DNA of 64,000 nucleotides from positions 1 to 64,000 of IMG/VR virus record IMGVR_UViG_3300028800_000009. One strand, written 5' to 3'. Source of the DNA: a virus. Below are positions 18,701 to 26,610 of this stretch, one piece after another. Each line of letters opens with the position of its first letter. Position 1 is the stretch's first letter. The position numbers and the translations under genes were made by a program. The notes beneath the pieces are model-generated. The model was not told the origin of the DNA and did no database searches. It worked only from the letters and a program-made list of their open reading frames with translations.

Positions 18701-19065
18701 TCGTGGACCTGATCGTAAAAGGAACGCCGGTAGAGGAGACGATAACAAACGCGGCGGACCCGCGCGCGTTTGTTACGGTAATCCAAGTACGCGGCGGCGC
18801 AGAATGGCGCGGAGCGAAGCTCGGGCGCGTCGCGCGCTATTACTATTCGTTCGACGGCGATCCGATCCTCGACGCGAAGGGGAAGCGCCAGGTTGCGAAA
18901 ACGGAGGGAGCGAAGCCGTTAATGGAATTGACGGCTTCGCTCCCCGAAGACGTGGATCGTTTGCGATACTTCGAAGAAGCGAAAGCGCTCGCCGTCGACT
19001 ACGCTATCCTGAAACCAGAGGGAGAGTTAGCTGAAGATAGTTGTTGTGTAATTCCGTTTGTGTAA
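15739..19065 (+). CDS. Fusion protein: WxGMP small domain + TET-associated/GREB1-like glycosyltransferase + family B DNA polymerase with 3'-5' exonuclease
   Basis: GT part: YPVYVISKGR, RNFVWE, HWILDDNI, NTRIYS, RYNEDTDLSLR, MKGGN, WHHEVNY. Pol part: ADVEVF (ExoI), FNGNNFD (ExoII), YCLND (ExoIII), DVSSQYP, KIALNGVYGK, NTDG. Confidence 0.85.
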   Translation: MPGIKFGGAKAKKKVKEDGDLLSLASGKDEGLLLSPSDSWSEVWKGMPTYEMGSTEAFRKVTIHLRDPGELEDLSRMLGIDLTDRTSTVYLSRDEDYVAPKELIYESDDPRPPRYPVYVISKGRWDTPLTAEALRAIGVPHKVVIEPSEASRYEEALGKERLLVAPEDFSKRGEGGIPVRNFVWETAVASGAKRHWILDDNIHGFLRLNRNRRIPVSGPSIFRAAEDFSDRYENVALSGFNYMYLARDNQELPPFCLNTRIYSMILINHDLDLPERWRGRYNEDTDLSLRALKAGWATVLFNAFLGDKAPTLTMKGGNAEIYADSDRRREFAESLKAQHPDVVEVVWRYERWHHEVNYRPFAGNRLIPRKDQPVSAGEYGMRIARSSRTGRYVPPPLAPVVITMAPRKAEALPKEPVEIKEEPPLSSVSLTPRSSKPENAAPVVFAPRAAKTTMLSAPEANRYVDPFLRSIEPQLKVWDTELYPPKFDYATWPWGDKSFVVADVEVFENFFLVAVKRLQDGKRLTFELSDRSPKLNRIELETVMLNNCIVTFNGNNFDLPIIGMALLGFDNRKLKEASNRIIREGIKSWDIEREFGVRLPKFNSIDLMEPNPSVRMGLKMLHARLNGRFIVDLPFEDVELSSREMNVATLYCLNDLDATEGLCNALREPLDLRRALSGQYGMDLRSKSDAQVGEAIVKSRVGIRGNPKDGIPSIQSFGYSVPSFVSFESPALREVLRSLRETTFHINGSGRVETPDWLKDLSIPLGSAAYTMGIGGLHSTEGSRAILSDEENVLVDIDVSSQYPRIILKLGLYPKALGPKFLDVYRELTDERVAAKAAGDKTKADGGKIALNGVYGKLGSSYSILYAPDLMIATTLTGQLSLLMLIERLEAAGIPVASGNTDGVLPFVKRSKLKELASIVSRWEAETGFAIERTEYDAIYNSSVNSYIAVKPGGKTKIKGPLANPWREGNLREMLSKNPQMTILSDALVDLIVKGTPVEETITNAADPRAFVTVIQVRGGAEWRGAKLGRVARYYYSFDGDPILDAKGKRQVAKTEGAKPLMELTASLPEDVDRLRYFEEAKALAVDYAILKPEGELAEDSCCVIPFV

Positions 19066-19082
19066 CGCATTATGTAACGGCA

Positions 19083-19472
19083 ATGCCAACAGTCTCGTGC
19101 AAGAAATGCGGGGGCGACCATGTCACGTAGGAGTGTCGATCGTCGCCTGCAAAAGTGGCGGCCTTCGCTAAGGCGAAGGAAGCGGCCACTCCCGCAACGC
19201 ATCACGATGCTGGTCAAGTTCCGCGACGCGGCCGAAGTTCGCCGTCTCCGACAGTTAAACCCAGGGAGCGACGTGAGTCTGTTGTATTGGGGCTCAACAA
19301 GGATCGTGGACGTGAGCTATCCCCGCCAGATCCTCCTCCCCTTGTTGTATCTCGGCGGCACTCCAATCTATGCGCCCCACCAGGAGAATGCGCCTATTGC
19401 GACCGTCGCCGGCAATACGCCCGAGACGGAATGACCAAGACCAGGCGCAAGAAGGCGAAGGGGCCGAAATGA
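19083..19472 (+). pseudogene. Zinc-knuckle protein interrupted by an in-frame TAG at 19128-19130
   Basis: MPTVSCKKCGGDHVT*EC continues in frame into the 19155-19472 ORF. Confidence 0.45.
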
Positions 19473-19825
19473 GGGCGAGTATGAGCGAGGCGATGATCGA
19501 TCAAGCGCCAGACGCCGAAAAGGTTGCCGCAGACTTCCTAAACGGACCGTTGATGGCCTACATGGAAACGGCGGCATCGGCCGCTAATCCGAGCCGAAAG
19601 CACGCCGACATTCGCAGGTATGGCGGCGTGAGCTGCATCGTTCAGGATGTTGGAGGCACTGAGCCAGGACCATCATCCGACCTCGACCTCGACCGCGCCT
19701 TCGTGATCTGCCAAAAAAAAAACCTTGGCTTTTGGGCAATGAATAGCCCAGAAGAATGGTGGCTGGCTTGCCGTAAGGTCGCAGAGAAAATCGAGGCACT
19801 GAAGCGCGTCGCGGGGGAGAAATGA
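19469..19825 (+). CDS. Hypothetical protein
   Basis: ATGA overlap with the previous frame. Confidence 0.5.
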   Translation: MRASMSEAMIDQAPDAEKVAADFLNGPLMAYMETAASAANPSRKHADIRRYGGVSCIVQDVGGTEPGPSSDLDLDRAFVICQKKNLGFWAMNSPEEWWLACRKVAEKIEALKRVAGEK

Positions 19826-19867
19826 TTCCATGCTTATCCGGTTGTCGCACACAGGAGCTAGGGGTTG

Positions 19868-20251
19868 ATGGCTGAAATAGACGATGACGCCGAAAAGGCT
19901 AAGCGCGATGCTGGGTTTAAGAAGTTCCTCGCTGATACCGACAAAGAGACGCTGTGGTGGGCGCACTACCGCCTACTAAGCGCGCTTCATGCCGCTCGAT
20001 ATGCGGCAGATACCGACAAGAACAAGGATCAGCAGGCCATTCTCCACATAATCGGCGTCACCGCCGATTATTGGCAACCGCAACTACCGGGGATGCCTAG
20101 TTATATCGAGGTCGCGAAGGAATGCCGCGCAGACGACGATCACCATGAGCTTACCTATCTCGGCGAGCGGCTGGGCGTCTACATCACCGGCGATGAGTTC
20201 ATGACTAAGGGTAGTGGTCGCGAGACGTGGGTCTGCTATGAGCAAAGATAG
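19868..20251 (+). CDS. Hypothetical protein
   Basis: SD aggag upstream; protein-like composition. Confidence 0.55.
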   Translation: MAEIDDDAEKAKRDAGFKKFLADTDKETLWWAHYRLLSALHAARYAADTDKNKDQQAILHIIGVTADYWQPQLPGMPSYIEVAKECRADDDHHELTYLGERLGVYITGDEFMTKGSGRETWVCYEQR

Positions 20252-20602
20252 ATGAACCTCGCCGACTTCAATCGTCTCCGGGCTTTTATGGCCAGGACGA
20301 CCTCCGACGCCGATCCCGAGGCGCTGACGGCGATCCGGATGGCGAATAGGTTACTAGCCGAGAACGACTTGACGTGGGATAAGGTCTTCGCGCGGACGGT
20401 AAAGGTTATCGATGCGATCGAAACGGCGACGCCAGATGATCCGGCGCAGGAGAATATATCGAGTCTTATCGACGAGGCCGAAGCGAACGCGACCAATGAT
20501 TGGGAAGCCGATTTCTGCGCCGACGTTCGCCGTAAGCTCGCCGAACGAGGCTCTTTAACTGAAAAGCAGGTAGATAAGCTTCGGGAAATACGCGACCGCT
20601 AA
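20252..20602 (+). CDS. Hypothetical protein (helical N-terminus TTSDADPEALTA)
   Basis: Abuts the previous ORF; core codon usage. Confidence 0.65.
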   Translation: MNLADFNRLRAFMARTTSDADPEALTAIRMANRLLAENDLTWDKVFARTVKVIDAIETATPDDPAQENISSLIDEAEANATNDWEADFCADVRRKLAERGSLTEKQVDKLREIRDR

Positions 20603-20618
20603 AAAACATTTAAAACGC

Positions 20619-20647
20619 TTTATAAAGGGTTTTGGTTGGTCTATATT
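20619..20647 (+). promoter_or_regulatory. Putative sigma70-type promoter for the second accessory array
   Basis: TTTATA-17bp-TATATT with an A-rich upstream tract. Confidence 0.6.
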
Positions 20648-20672
20648 TCGATCATCAGAACGGGAGACGGAT

Positions 20673-20855
20673 ATGCGGATCGAGGACATCAAGGCGAATG
20701 ACGTGCTGGTAGGTGTCGATGAGAACGGCGCGGGCTACTACCGCGTCCTGAAGGTCAGCCGGGTAACAATCCGCGTGCGGGGCGAGAATGGCAACGAGTT
20801 CCGGGCCTACCCGACAATCTTCAACCGCAAGATCGATTACCCCGTTAACGTCTGA
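20673..20855 (+). CDS. Small hypothetical protein
   Basis: SD gggaga after the promoter. Confidence 0.6.
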   Translation: MRIEDIKANDVLVGVDENGAGYYRVLKVSRVTIRVRGENGNEFRAYPTIFNRKIDYPVNV

Positions 20856-20873
20856 TACGAAAGGGCCGGATCA

Positions 20874-21122
20874 ATGGCAATCGCCTACAAACTCTTCTCT
20901 CGCATGACCGACATGGCGGAGGATTTGGCGCTGCATTTTGATCGCGCCAAGGACCGCGCGCTTGTTGCCTTTCAGGATCAGGTTGGGTGGCCGTTTCGCG
21001 CTTCGCAGGCGCAGTTGTCCGAGTGGAATGCAAAAAGATGGCCTGGGTGCGACTTGCCCAGCTCTCCCGACCCGAACGAGGCGCCGAAGCTCGGCGAGTA
21101 TTTCCGCACCGATGGACACTGA
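20874..21122 (+). CDS. Hypothetical protein
   Basis: Junction gaaagggcc upstream. Confidence 0.5.
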   Translation: MAIAYKLFSRMTDMAEDLALHFDRAKDRALVAFQDQVGWPFRASQAQLSEWNAKRWPGCDLPSSPDPNEAPKLGEYFRTDGH

Positions 21123-21514
21123 GAAAGACCACCCATGAACATCATCGATCGCGAGATAGCTCTGCTTCGCTCCATCGTCCGGTCCTGCCGCGATCACATC
21201 GCGCGAGGCACTCCGCTAAACTGGACCGGTGACGAACTGACGGCAATGCGGCGAGCGGAGGATGAGCGTCAGCCGGATAAGAGCGGGCTGCGCAAGTGAC
21301 CGCCACAAATCGCGTGCTTGAGCTGTTGCAGATTGCGGGGTCGCACGGCGCGACAACGGCGGAAATTTCTCGGGTATGCCATGTACGGTTCTTCCTGGCG
21401 CGAATCTTGATGATGGCCGAATATCGAAAAGTTGTGACAAGCGAATTTGATCCCGGTGGCGCTCAGCGCCTGCGCCGATACTGGCTTTCTTCCCTCAAAC
21501 CTAGATAGGCCCCG

Positions 21515-21700
21515 ATGAGCGACCTCGCGCCTGATGTCGTCAGACTGGTGATTGCGGCCCGAATGGTTGCGTTCGGCGATAGCGCCCCTGACCATGCGGC
21601 CATTCGCGAGCTTGACCAAGCGAGCGAAGCATTCGCCGACCGCGTGCCCTGGCATGATGAGCCCTCTGTCGATCGCTGTCACCGCGCCTGCTGCTGGTAG
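21515..21700 (+). CDS. Hypothetical protein
   Basis: LAPDVVRLVIAAR...ELDQASEAFADRVPW is a recurrent phage pattern. Confidence 0.5.
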   Translation: MSDLAPDVVRLVIAARMVAFGDSAPDHAAIRELDQASEAFADRVPWHDEPSVDRCHRACCW

Positions 21701-21780
21701 GGCGAGTTCATGTGCGACGATGCGCGCGAAGCTGGAACGGTCGAGATGACAGTCGCTGAGTTGCGCGGGGCTAGATGTTG

Positions 21781-22497
21781 ATGCGGTATTTTGGGGGCAA
21801 GCAGAGAATAGCCCATCGGTTGGCGGCGGTTCTTACCCCGCTTGCTATACAGCGCGGTAACTACGTTGAGCCTTTTGTTGGTGGTGCTGCGGTAATATCG
21901 CACGTTTCCGCGCCCGTCAGGATAGCCTCAGACAGCAATTTGGCTTTGATAACTATGTGGAGTGCGCTTGCGGCAGGGTGGTCCCCGCCAGAGGATGTTT
22001 CAGAAGCGACATACGCCTCTATAAAGACCGCCGCAGACCCCAAAGACCCACTCACGGCCTTCATTGGGTTTGGGGTTTCTTTTGCCGGGAAGTGGTTTGG
22101 CGGCTACGCGAGAGGCGGCGCAGGAAGAAATTACGCGGCAAATGCCGCCTCGTCATTGAGAAGAAAGATGCGTGGCTTAGAAGGGGTGCGGTGGATAGCG
22201 GGCGACTATCGGGTATGCCCTACTCCTCCCGGGGCTGTCATCTATTGTGACCCTCCTTATGCTGGGACAACTCAGTATGGCGCTGTAGCGCCGTTTTTGT
22301 GGTCCGAGTTTTGGGCTTGGTGTCTTGCCAAACATGATGCTGGAAACGCAGTTTTTGTTTCCGAATACGCCGCCCCCGAAACCTTTCGAGCGATCCTCAC
22401 GATCCCCGTTAAGACTGACATTCGAACAAAGGCGAACGGGAAGGAGCAACGACTAGAAAAGCTGTTTGTCCCTAATAAGGGTAGCTCTTATGGGTAA
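21781..22497 (+). CDS. Dam-like (D12 class) DNA adenine methyltransferase
   Basis: MRYFGGK, YVEPFVGG, YCDPPY, VFVSEY. Confidence 0.88.
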   Translation: MRYFGGKQRIAHRLAAVLTPLAIQRGNYVEPFVGGAAVISHVSAPVRIASDSNLALITMWSALAAGWSPPEDVSEATYASIKTAADPKDPLTAFIGFGVSFAGKWFGGYARGGAGRNYAANAASSLRRKMRGLEGVRWIAGDYRVCPTPPGAVIYCDPPYAGTTQYGAVAPFLWSEFWAWCLAKHDAGNAVFVSEYAAPETFRAILTIPVKTDIRTKANGKEQRLEKLFVPNKGSSYG

Positions 22498-22541
22498 TAG
22501 CCGGATAAGCATGAAACAGTTACTAGGAAAGGGCCACTAAC

Positions 22542-22730
22542 ATGACCATGATCAGCCATAACGTCCGCGTCTATCTCTCTTCGCCAAAAGAGGATGTGAG
22601 TGGCGAGCTACGCCAGCAAAGCATCGAAGGCGTGTGGATTTATTGCGGCTTCCAGGAGCAGGCGAAGCTTCGGTTTTACCCGCAGCATCGCATCGTCGAA
22701 ATTCAAGACAATGGGTACGTGCACCGATGA
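22542..22730 (+). CDS. Hypothetical protein
   Basis: Junction aggaaagggcc upstream. Confidence 0.5.
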   Translation: MTMISHNVRVYLSSPKEDVSGELRQQSIEGVWIYCGFQEQAKLRFYPQHRIVEIQDNGYVHR

Positions 22731-22960
22731 GAACCTTCCTTGAGGATTTAGCGGCCGTTCACAGCGAGAATTGGATGACCGTCGGCGGAAAACCTTTCGC
22801 GATTGAAGCATCGCTCCGGCTCACCCAATTGCATGCCGCGCTTTTAACCGCCAAGGACACAATCAAGGCGCTTCACGGACCGATCGCGTGGGATATTTAT
22901 GATGAGCACTCGCCGGAAATGAAACAGATTAATGCGGCGCTCGAAAAGGCAAAGACGTGA
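22727..22960 (+). CDS. Hypothetical protein
   Basis: ATGA overlap. Confidence 0.5.
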   Translation: MRTFLEDLAAVHSENWMTVGGKPFAIEASLRLTQLHAALLTAKDTIKALHGPIAWDIYDEHSPEMKQINAALEKAKT

Positions 22961-23235
22961 CCGGACATTGCCCGCGCGGGATATCGGATTGCGACTGCGG
23001 CTCTGCATACTGCGAACGCCGCAAGCCGAAGGCTCGGAGACAACCAATGAGCTTGGATGGGGCACTTGCCACGATTCTCGGATCGAAGATCGCGCACGAT
23101 ATAACCATGTCGCAGGGCCGGCATTGGGCAGTTGTCGCGGCGATGGCTCGTGCGACCACGGACCAAGACCCCGAAGCAATCCGCGTCTTGCGCGAGCATG
23201 TTGCCGCGCGCCGAAAGGAAACAGCCCATGAATGA
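22957..23235 (+). CDS. Hypothetical protein, paralog of 24811-24978 (true start may be 23047)
   Basis: AHDITMSQGRHWAVVAA.ARATTDQDPEAIRVLREHVA shared by both. Confidence 0.55.
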   Translation: MTGHCPRGISDCDCGSAYCERRKPKARRQPMSLDGALATILGSKIAHDITMSQGRHWAVVAAMARATTDQDPEAIRVLREHVAARRKETAHE

Positions 23236-23395
23236 CCGCCTCGAATATCGCCGTTCGCTAGGTTTGCCCGATCTGGGGTTAGACGAGAAAGTGACGTGCC
23301 CGCGCTGTGGTGAAGAGCGCGACCGCGAGACGCCGATGGCCTGTGAGGACTTCGATTGTCCGACCGCAGCAGACATCAATTTGCGCAACCGCTAG
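23228..23395 (+). CDS. Small zinc-finger protein
   Basis: CPRC...CEDFDC; SD aaggaa. Confidence 0.5.
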   Translation: MNDRLEYRRSLGLPDLGLDEKVTCPRCGEERDRETPMACEDFDCPTAADINLRNR

Positions 23396-23419
23396 AAAGT
23401 CAAGAAAGGCCCGACCGAA

Positions 23420-23605
23420 ATGCCGCAGCTAATGGAAGTCCGTTTTGTTTTTCATGCCCTTGAGCAATGGGATGGTTCGAAGTGGAACCCCGTCCCGAAT
23501 TTGACGCCGGGGCAAGATCAGAGAGGCGGCAAGATGCATTTCGATGTCGAGGACTGTGATCGCTCGCTTGATGCGGTCGAACGCGCTCTTAACCCAAATC
23601 GATAA
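23420..23605 (+). CDS. Hypothetical protein
   Basis: Preceded by the junction motif aagtcaagaaaggcccga. Confidence 0.5.
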   Translation: MPQLMEVRFVFHALEQWDGSKWNPVPNLTPGQDQRGGKMHFDVEDCDRSLDAVERALNPNR

Positions 23606-23728
23606 GGGGCCGCCAATGAAGATCACGCAGCCGCAGAAGAAAGCGCTTCAGCTAATCGATGGTGGTTATGTGAAGCACTGCCATCCCTTCACCTTCACAA
23701 CGGCGCACAGCGCCACAGGACGCGCGGC

Positions 23729-23983
23729 ATGAGCGGCCGCCCAGACTGGGATAATCAATTCGCCGAAAGCGAGGATGAGCGCAATGCGCGCCTGCGGCTG
23801 AAGCGGCAGTTGAGATATGACAAGGAAAGGCGAACAATCGTAAGTCCTGATCCGCGTGACCCAGATTATATGCGCGTCGGCATGTTCGTCCTGCACAATT
23901 GCTCGCGTTGCAAAGACGGCAGGGTGCCATGCGCCGTCGGCAATCCTCATCAGTGCGAATACCCACACGCTCGAAACGATTAA
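23729..23983 (+). CDS. Hypothetical Cys-rich protein
   Basis: HNCSRCKDG...C...CEYPHARND. Confidence 0.55.
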   Translation: MSGRPDWDNQFAESEDERNARLRLKRQLRYDKERRTIVSPDPRDPDYMRVGMFVLHNCSRCKDGRVPCAVGNPHQCEYPHARND

Positions 23984-24010
23984 GTCAGGAAAGGCCCGAA
24001 AGGAAAATCC

Positions 24011-24793
24011 ATGACCGACCTCATCGCCTACCACAACGACCCCGCGCTCAAATCCTTCGTCCTCGCGCAGCTCGTCGAGCACCGCGAGCACGACAAACTG
24101 GTCAAGGGCCAGTATTGGGAGAATGGTAAAGGCTGCGCGGTTGGCTGCACGCTTGAAGCCGTGCGCCTGCATAAAGGCAACGCCGCGAAGATTGCTCACA
24201 ACAAGCACGCGCTCTATGAGGCCGAGCTTGGTATTCCAATGATCCTCGCGCGCCTGGAGGACAAGCACTTCGAGGAACTGAGCAATGGCGACAGCCAAGC
24301 ATGGCCCGAGCGGTTTATTTCGGCGATCAAACCCGGTGCCAATCTCGCGATGATCTGGCCGCGGTACGCACTCTGGCTATTGAGTGAGGAATTGCCGCAA
24401 CGCGCCAAACGACCGGCTACGGTCGCGTCTCTTGCTGAAGTCGCGGCGCTCTACCGTGAATGGATGGAGGGCGCGAAGCCCAGCGCGGAGCGCTGGCTGA
24501 GCGCCCGTAGAAACGCCGCCGACGCCTACGCCGCCGACGCCGACGCCGCCGCCGCCGCCGTCTACGCCGCCGTCTACGCCGACGCCGACGCCGTCTACGC
24601 CGACGCCGACGCCGCCTACGACGCCGCCGACGCCGCCGCCGACGCCGCCGTCTACGCCGCCGTCTACGCCGACGCCGACGCCGACGCCGACGCCGCCGTC
24701 TACGCCGCCGCCGACGCCGCCGTCTACGCCGCTCGCGCTTCCTTCTGGAAGCGCTCGGCAGACAAGATCATCGAATTACTTGAAGCCGCGTAA
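24011..24793 (+). CDS. Conserved phage protein with an Ala/Asp/Tyr low-complexity tract
   Basis: GQYWENGKGCAVGC N-terminus; gccgac/gccgtctac microrepeats at 24515-24735. Confidence 0.75.
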   Translation: MTDLIAYHNDPALKSFVLAQLVEHREHDKLVKGQYWENGKGCAVGCTLEAVRLHKGNAAKIAHNKHALYEAELGIPMILARLEDKHFEELSNGDSQAWPERFISAIKPGANLAMIWPRYALWLLSEELPQRAKRPATVASLAEVAALYREWMEGAKPSAERWLSARRNAADAYAADADAAAAAVYAAVYADADAVYADADAAYDAADAAADAAVYAAVYADADADADAAVYAAADAAVYAARASFWKRSADKIIELLEAA

Positions 24794-24810
24794 AGTCAGG
24801 AAGGGTCCGC

Positions 24811-24978
24811 ATGAGAACGCTTGAAGAAATCCGCCGCACGCTCGCGCACGACATCACCATGTCGCAAGGACGGCATTGGGCGGTTGTCGCGGCGGTGGCT
24901 CGTGCGACCACGGATCAAGACCCCGAAGCAATCCGCGTCTTGCGCGAGCACGTTGCCTCAACTCGAAAGAAAGCATGA
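24811..24978 (+). CDS. 55-aa protein, paralog of 22957-23235
   Basis: Translated by hand MRTLEEIRRTLAHDITMSQGRHW...TRKKA*. Confidence 0.6.
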   Translation: MRTLEEIRRTLAHDITMSQGRHWAVVAAVARATTDQDPEAIRVLREHVASTRKKA

Positions 24979-25058
24979 AAGGCCGCCCATGAGCGTCATC
25001 GAAGAAATCGCAGCCGAGCGCGGCATCAAGACCAAATAGTCAGGAAGGGTCAGACCCG

Positions 25059-26126
25059 ATGGGCATGCCCGACAAGAGCCTAACCGAAGAGCAAGAGAGG
25101 ATCGCCGAAGCGGTTCGCGACTTCGTTACGACCGCTTCGCCCGGAGATTTCTTCGTTATCCAAGGTCTCGCCGGGACCGGTAAGACAACCTTGATGACCT
25201 CTCTCGATCTTCCAGGAGCAGTCCTCGTCGCGCCGACCGGGAAGGCTGCATCGGTCCTCCGCGCGAAGTCCGACCGCGACGCGATGACGATTCATTCCGC
25301 GATCTACAACTTCTGTGGGACCAAGACCGACGAAAACGGGAAGCTCGTTCCCATCTTCGTCGATAAGGATTTTGTCTCGCTCCCGCTCGTGCTACTCGAC
25401 GAATCGAGCATGGTTGGTCAATCCTTAGCGACCGATCTCCTCGCGACCGGCGCCGTCGTCGTCGCTTTCGGCGACCCTGGGCAATTGCCGCCGGTCAAAG
25501 ATCGCCAGTTCTTTAATTCGCCGGACGCGACCCTACGCGAAATCCATCGGCAGGCCCTCGATTCGCCAATCATAAGACAAGCTCACCGTATCCGTAACGG
25601 CGAGCGTGCCGTTACGGATGGCGACGGCTTCGTATGCCTTCCATCCTCCCGCGGGCTCGACCTAACATCCTTCGGTATCGTCCTCTGCTGGACGAACAAG
25701 ACGCGGACGGCGCTTAATTCGATCATACGAAAAGCGAAGGGTATAGAAGGCCCTTCGCTTTTCCCAGGCGAGCCCGTGATGTGTCTTCGGAACGACTACG
25801 CTCGGGGTATCTTTAACGGAGAGATATATCGGGTTGCGAAGGAGCGCGCGCCGGGGACGACCCTATGGCTAGAGGGCGGATCGGTCATTCCTAAAGCCAA
25901 GGTCGAGCGGTTCGACGGCGACTTCGACAAAGAGGACGACGAGACGACGCCGTTCGCGCTCGCTTACGCTTCGACGTGCCACAAATTCCAGGGTAGTGAA
26001 GAAGAGCGCGTCCTCGTCTTCGACGAGATGGGTTCCGATCGTCAAGAGCGAGCGCGCTGGCTCTATACCGCCGTGACCCGCGCGCGGAGCCACGTTACGG
26101 TCGTACGGCCGGAGGATTGGGGATGA
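25059..26126 (+). CDS. Dda/RecD-like superfamily 1 helicase
   Basis: GLAGTGKTT, APTGKAA, DESSM, GDPGQLPPV, IHRQA, TCHKFQGSE, YTAVTRA. Confidence 0.92.
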   Translation: MGMPDKSLTEEQERIAEAVRDFVTTASPGDFFVIQGLAGTGKTTLMTSLDLPGAVLVAPTGKAASVLRAKSDRDAMTIHSAIYNFCGTKTDENGKLVPIFVDKDFVSLPLVLLDESSMVGQSLATDLLATGAVVVAFGDPGQLPPVKDRQFFNSPDATLREIHRQALDSPIIRQAHRIRNGERAVTDGDGFVCLPSSRGLDLTSFGIVLCWTNKTRTALNSIIRKAKGIEGPSLFPGEPVMCLRNDYARGIFNGEIYRVAKERAPGTTLWLEGGSVIPKAKVERFDGDFDKEDDETTPFALAYASTCHKFQGSEEERVLVFDEMGSDRQERARWLYTAVTRARSHVTVVRPEDWG

Positions 26127-26572
26127 GCGGCTCCGAGGACTCACTCTGGAAAATGGAGCGCGATAAGCTCTCCTCATTTGGCATTCTTAAACGGATCGAG
26201 CACAAGCACGAGCTAGGCTGGCCCGACGTCCTCTACGTTCTCCGCCGGCCGGCGCCGTTTCACGATCAGCGCGCGACGGGTTTCATAGAGAACAAGCAGC
26301 TCGACGGGTGGCCTATTCGCGCAAGCTCGGTAGTAAGGATACCGAGCTTGACGCGAGACCAAGCTAACTGGCTCGGGGCTTGGAGCAAGGCGGGTGGCCG
26401 AGCGGCCCTAGGTCTTCAAGTCGGGTCCGAATACCTCTTCTTCTCGGGCTCGGTCGTCGGGCCGATATTCCTCGATAACCCCTTACCGCAAGCAGCGGTA
26501 AGGGGTTATGCCGGGCTTATAATGTCCGACGGCTTCAGGGTCGCCGACGCCCTAAAGTTCCTGGCGGGCTGA
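26123..26572 (+). CDS. PD-(D/E)xK nuclease, Holliday-junction resolvase-like
   Basis: RIE....GWPDV...FIENK...Q..WL pattern. Confidence 0.65.
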   Translation: MSGSEDSLWKMERDKLSSFGILKRIEHKHELGWPDVLYVLRRPAPFHDQRATGFIENKQLDGWPIRASSVVRIPSLTRDQANWLGAWSKAGGRAALGLQVGSEYLFFSGSVVGPIFLDNPLPQAAVRGYAGLIMSDGFRVADALKFLAG

Positions 26573-26581
26573 AGATGGCAC

Positions 26582-26610
26582 TTTACGGAATCTTAACGTC
26601 CGGCTACTAT
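26582..26610 (+). promoter_or_regulatory. Putative sigma70-type early promoter
   Basis: TTTACG-17bp-TACTAT. Confidence 0.6.

Noticed and set aside
19128-19130. Genome-wide amber recoding
   Set aside because: Many well-defined genes end at TAG at the expected length, and no suppressor tRNA is seen
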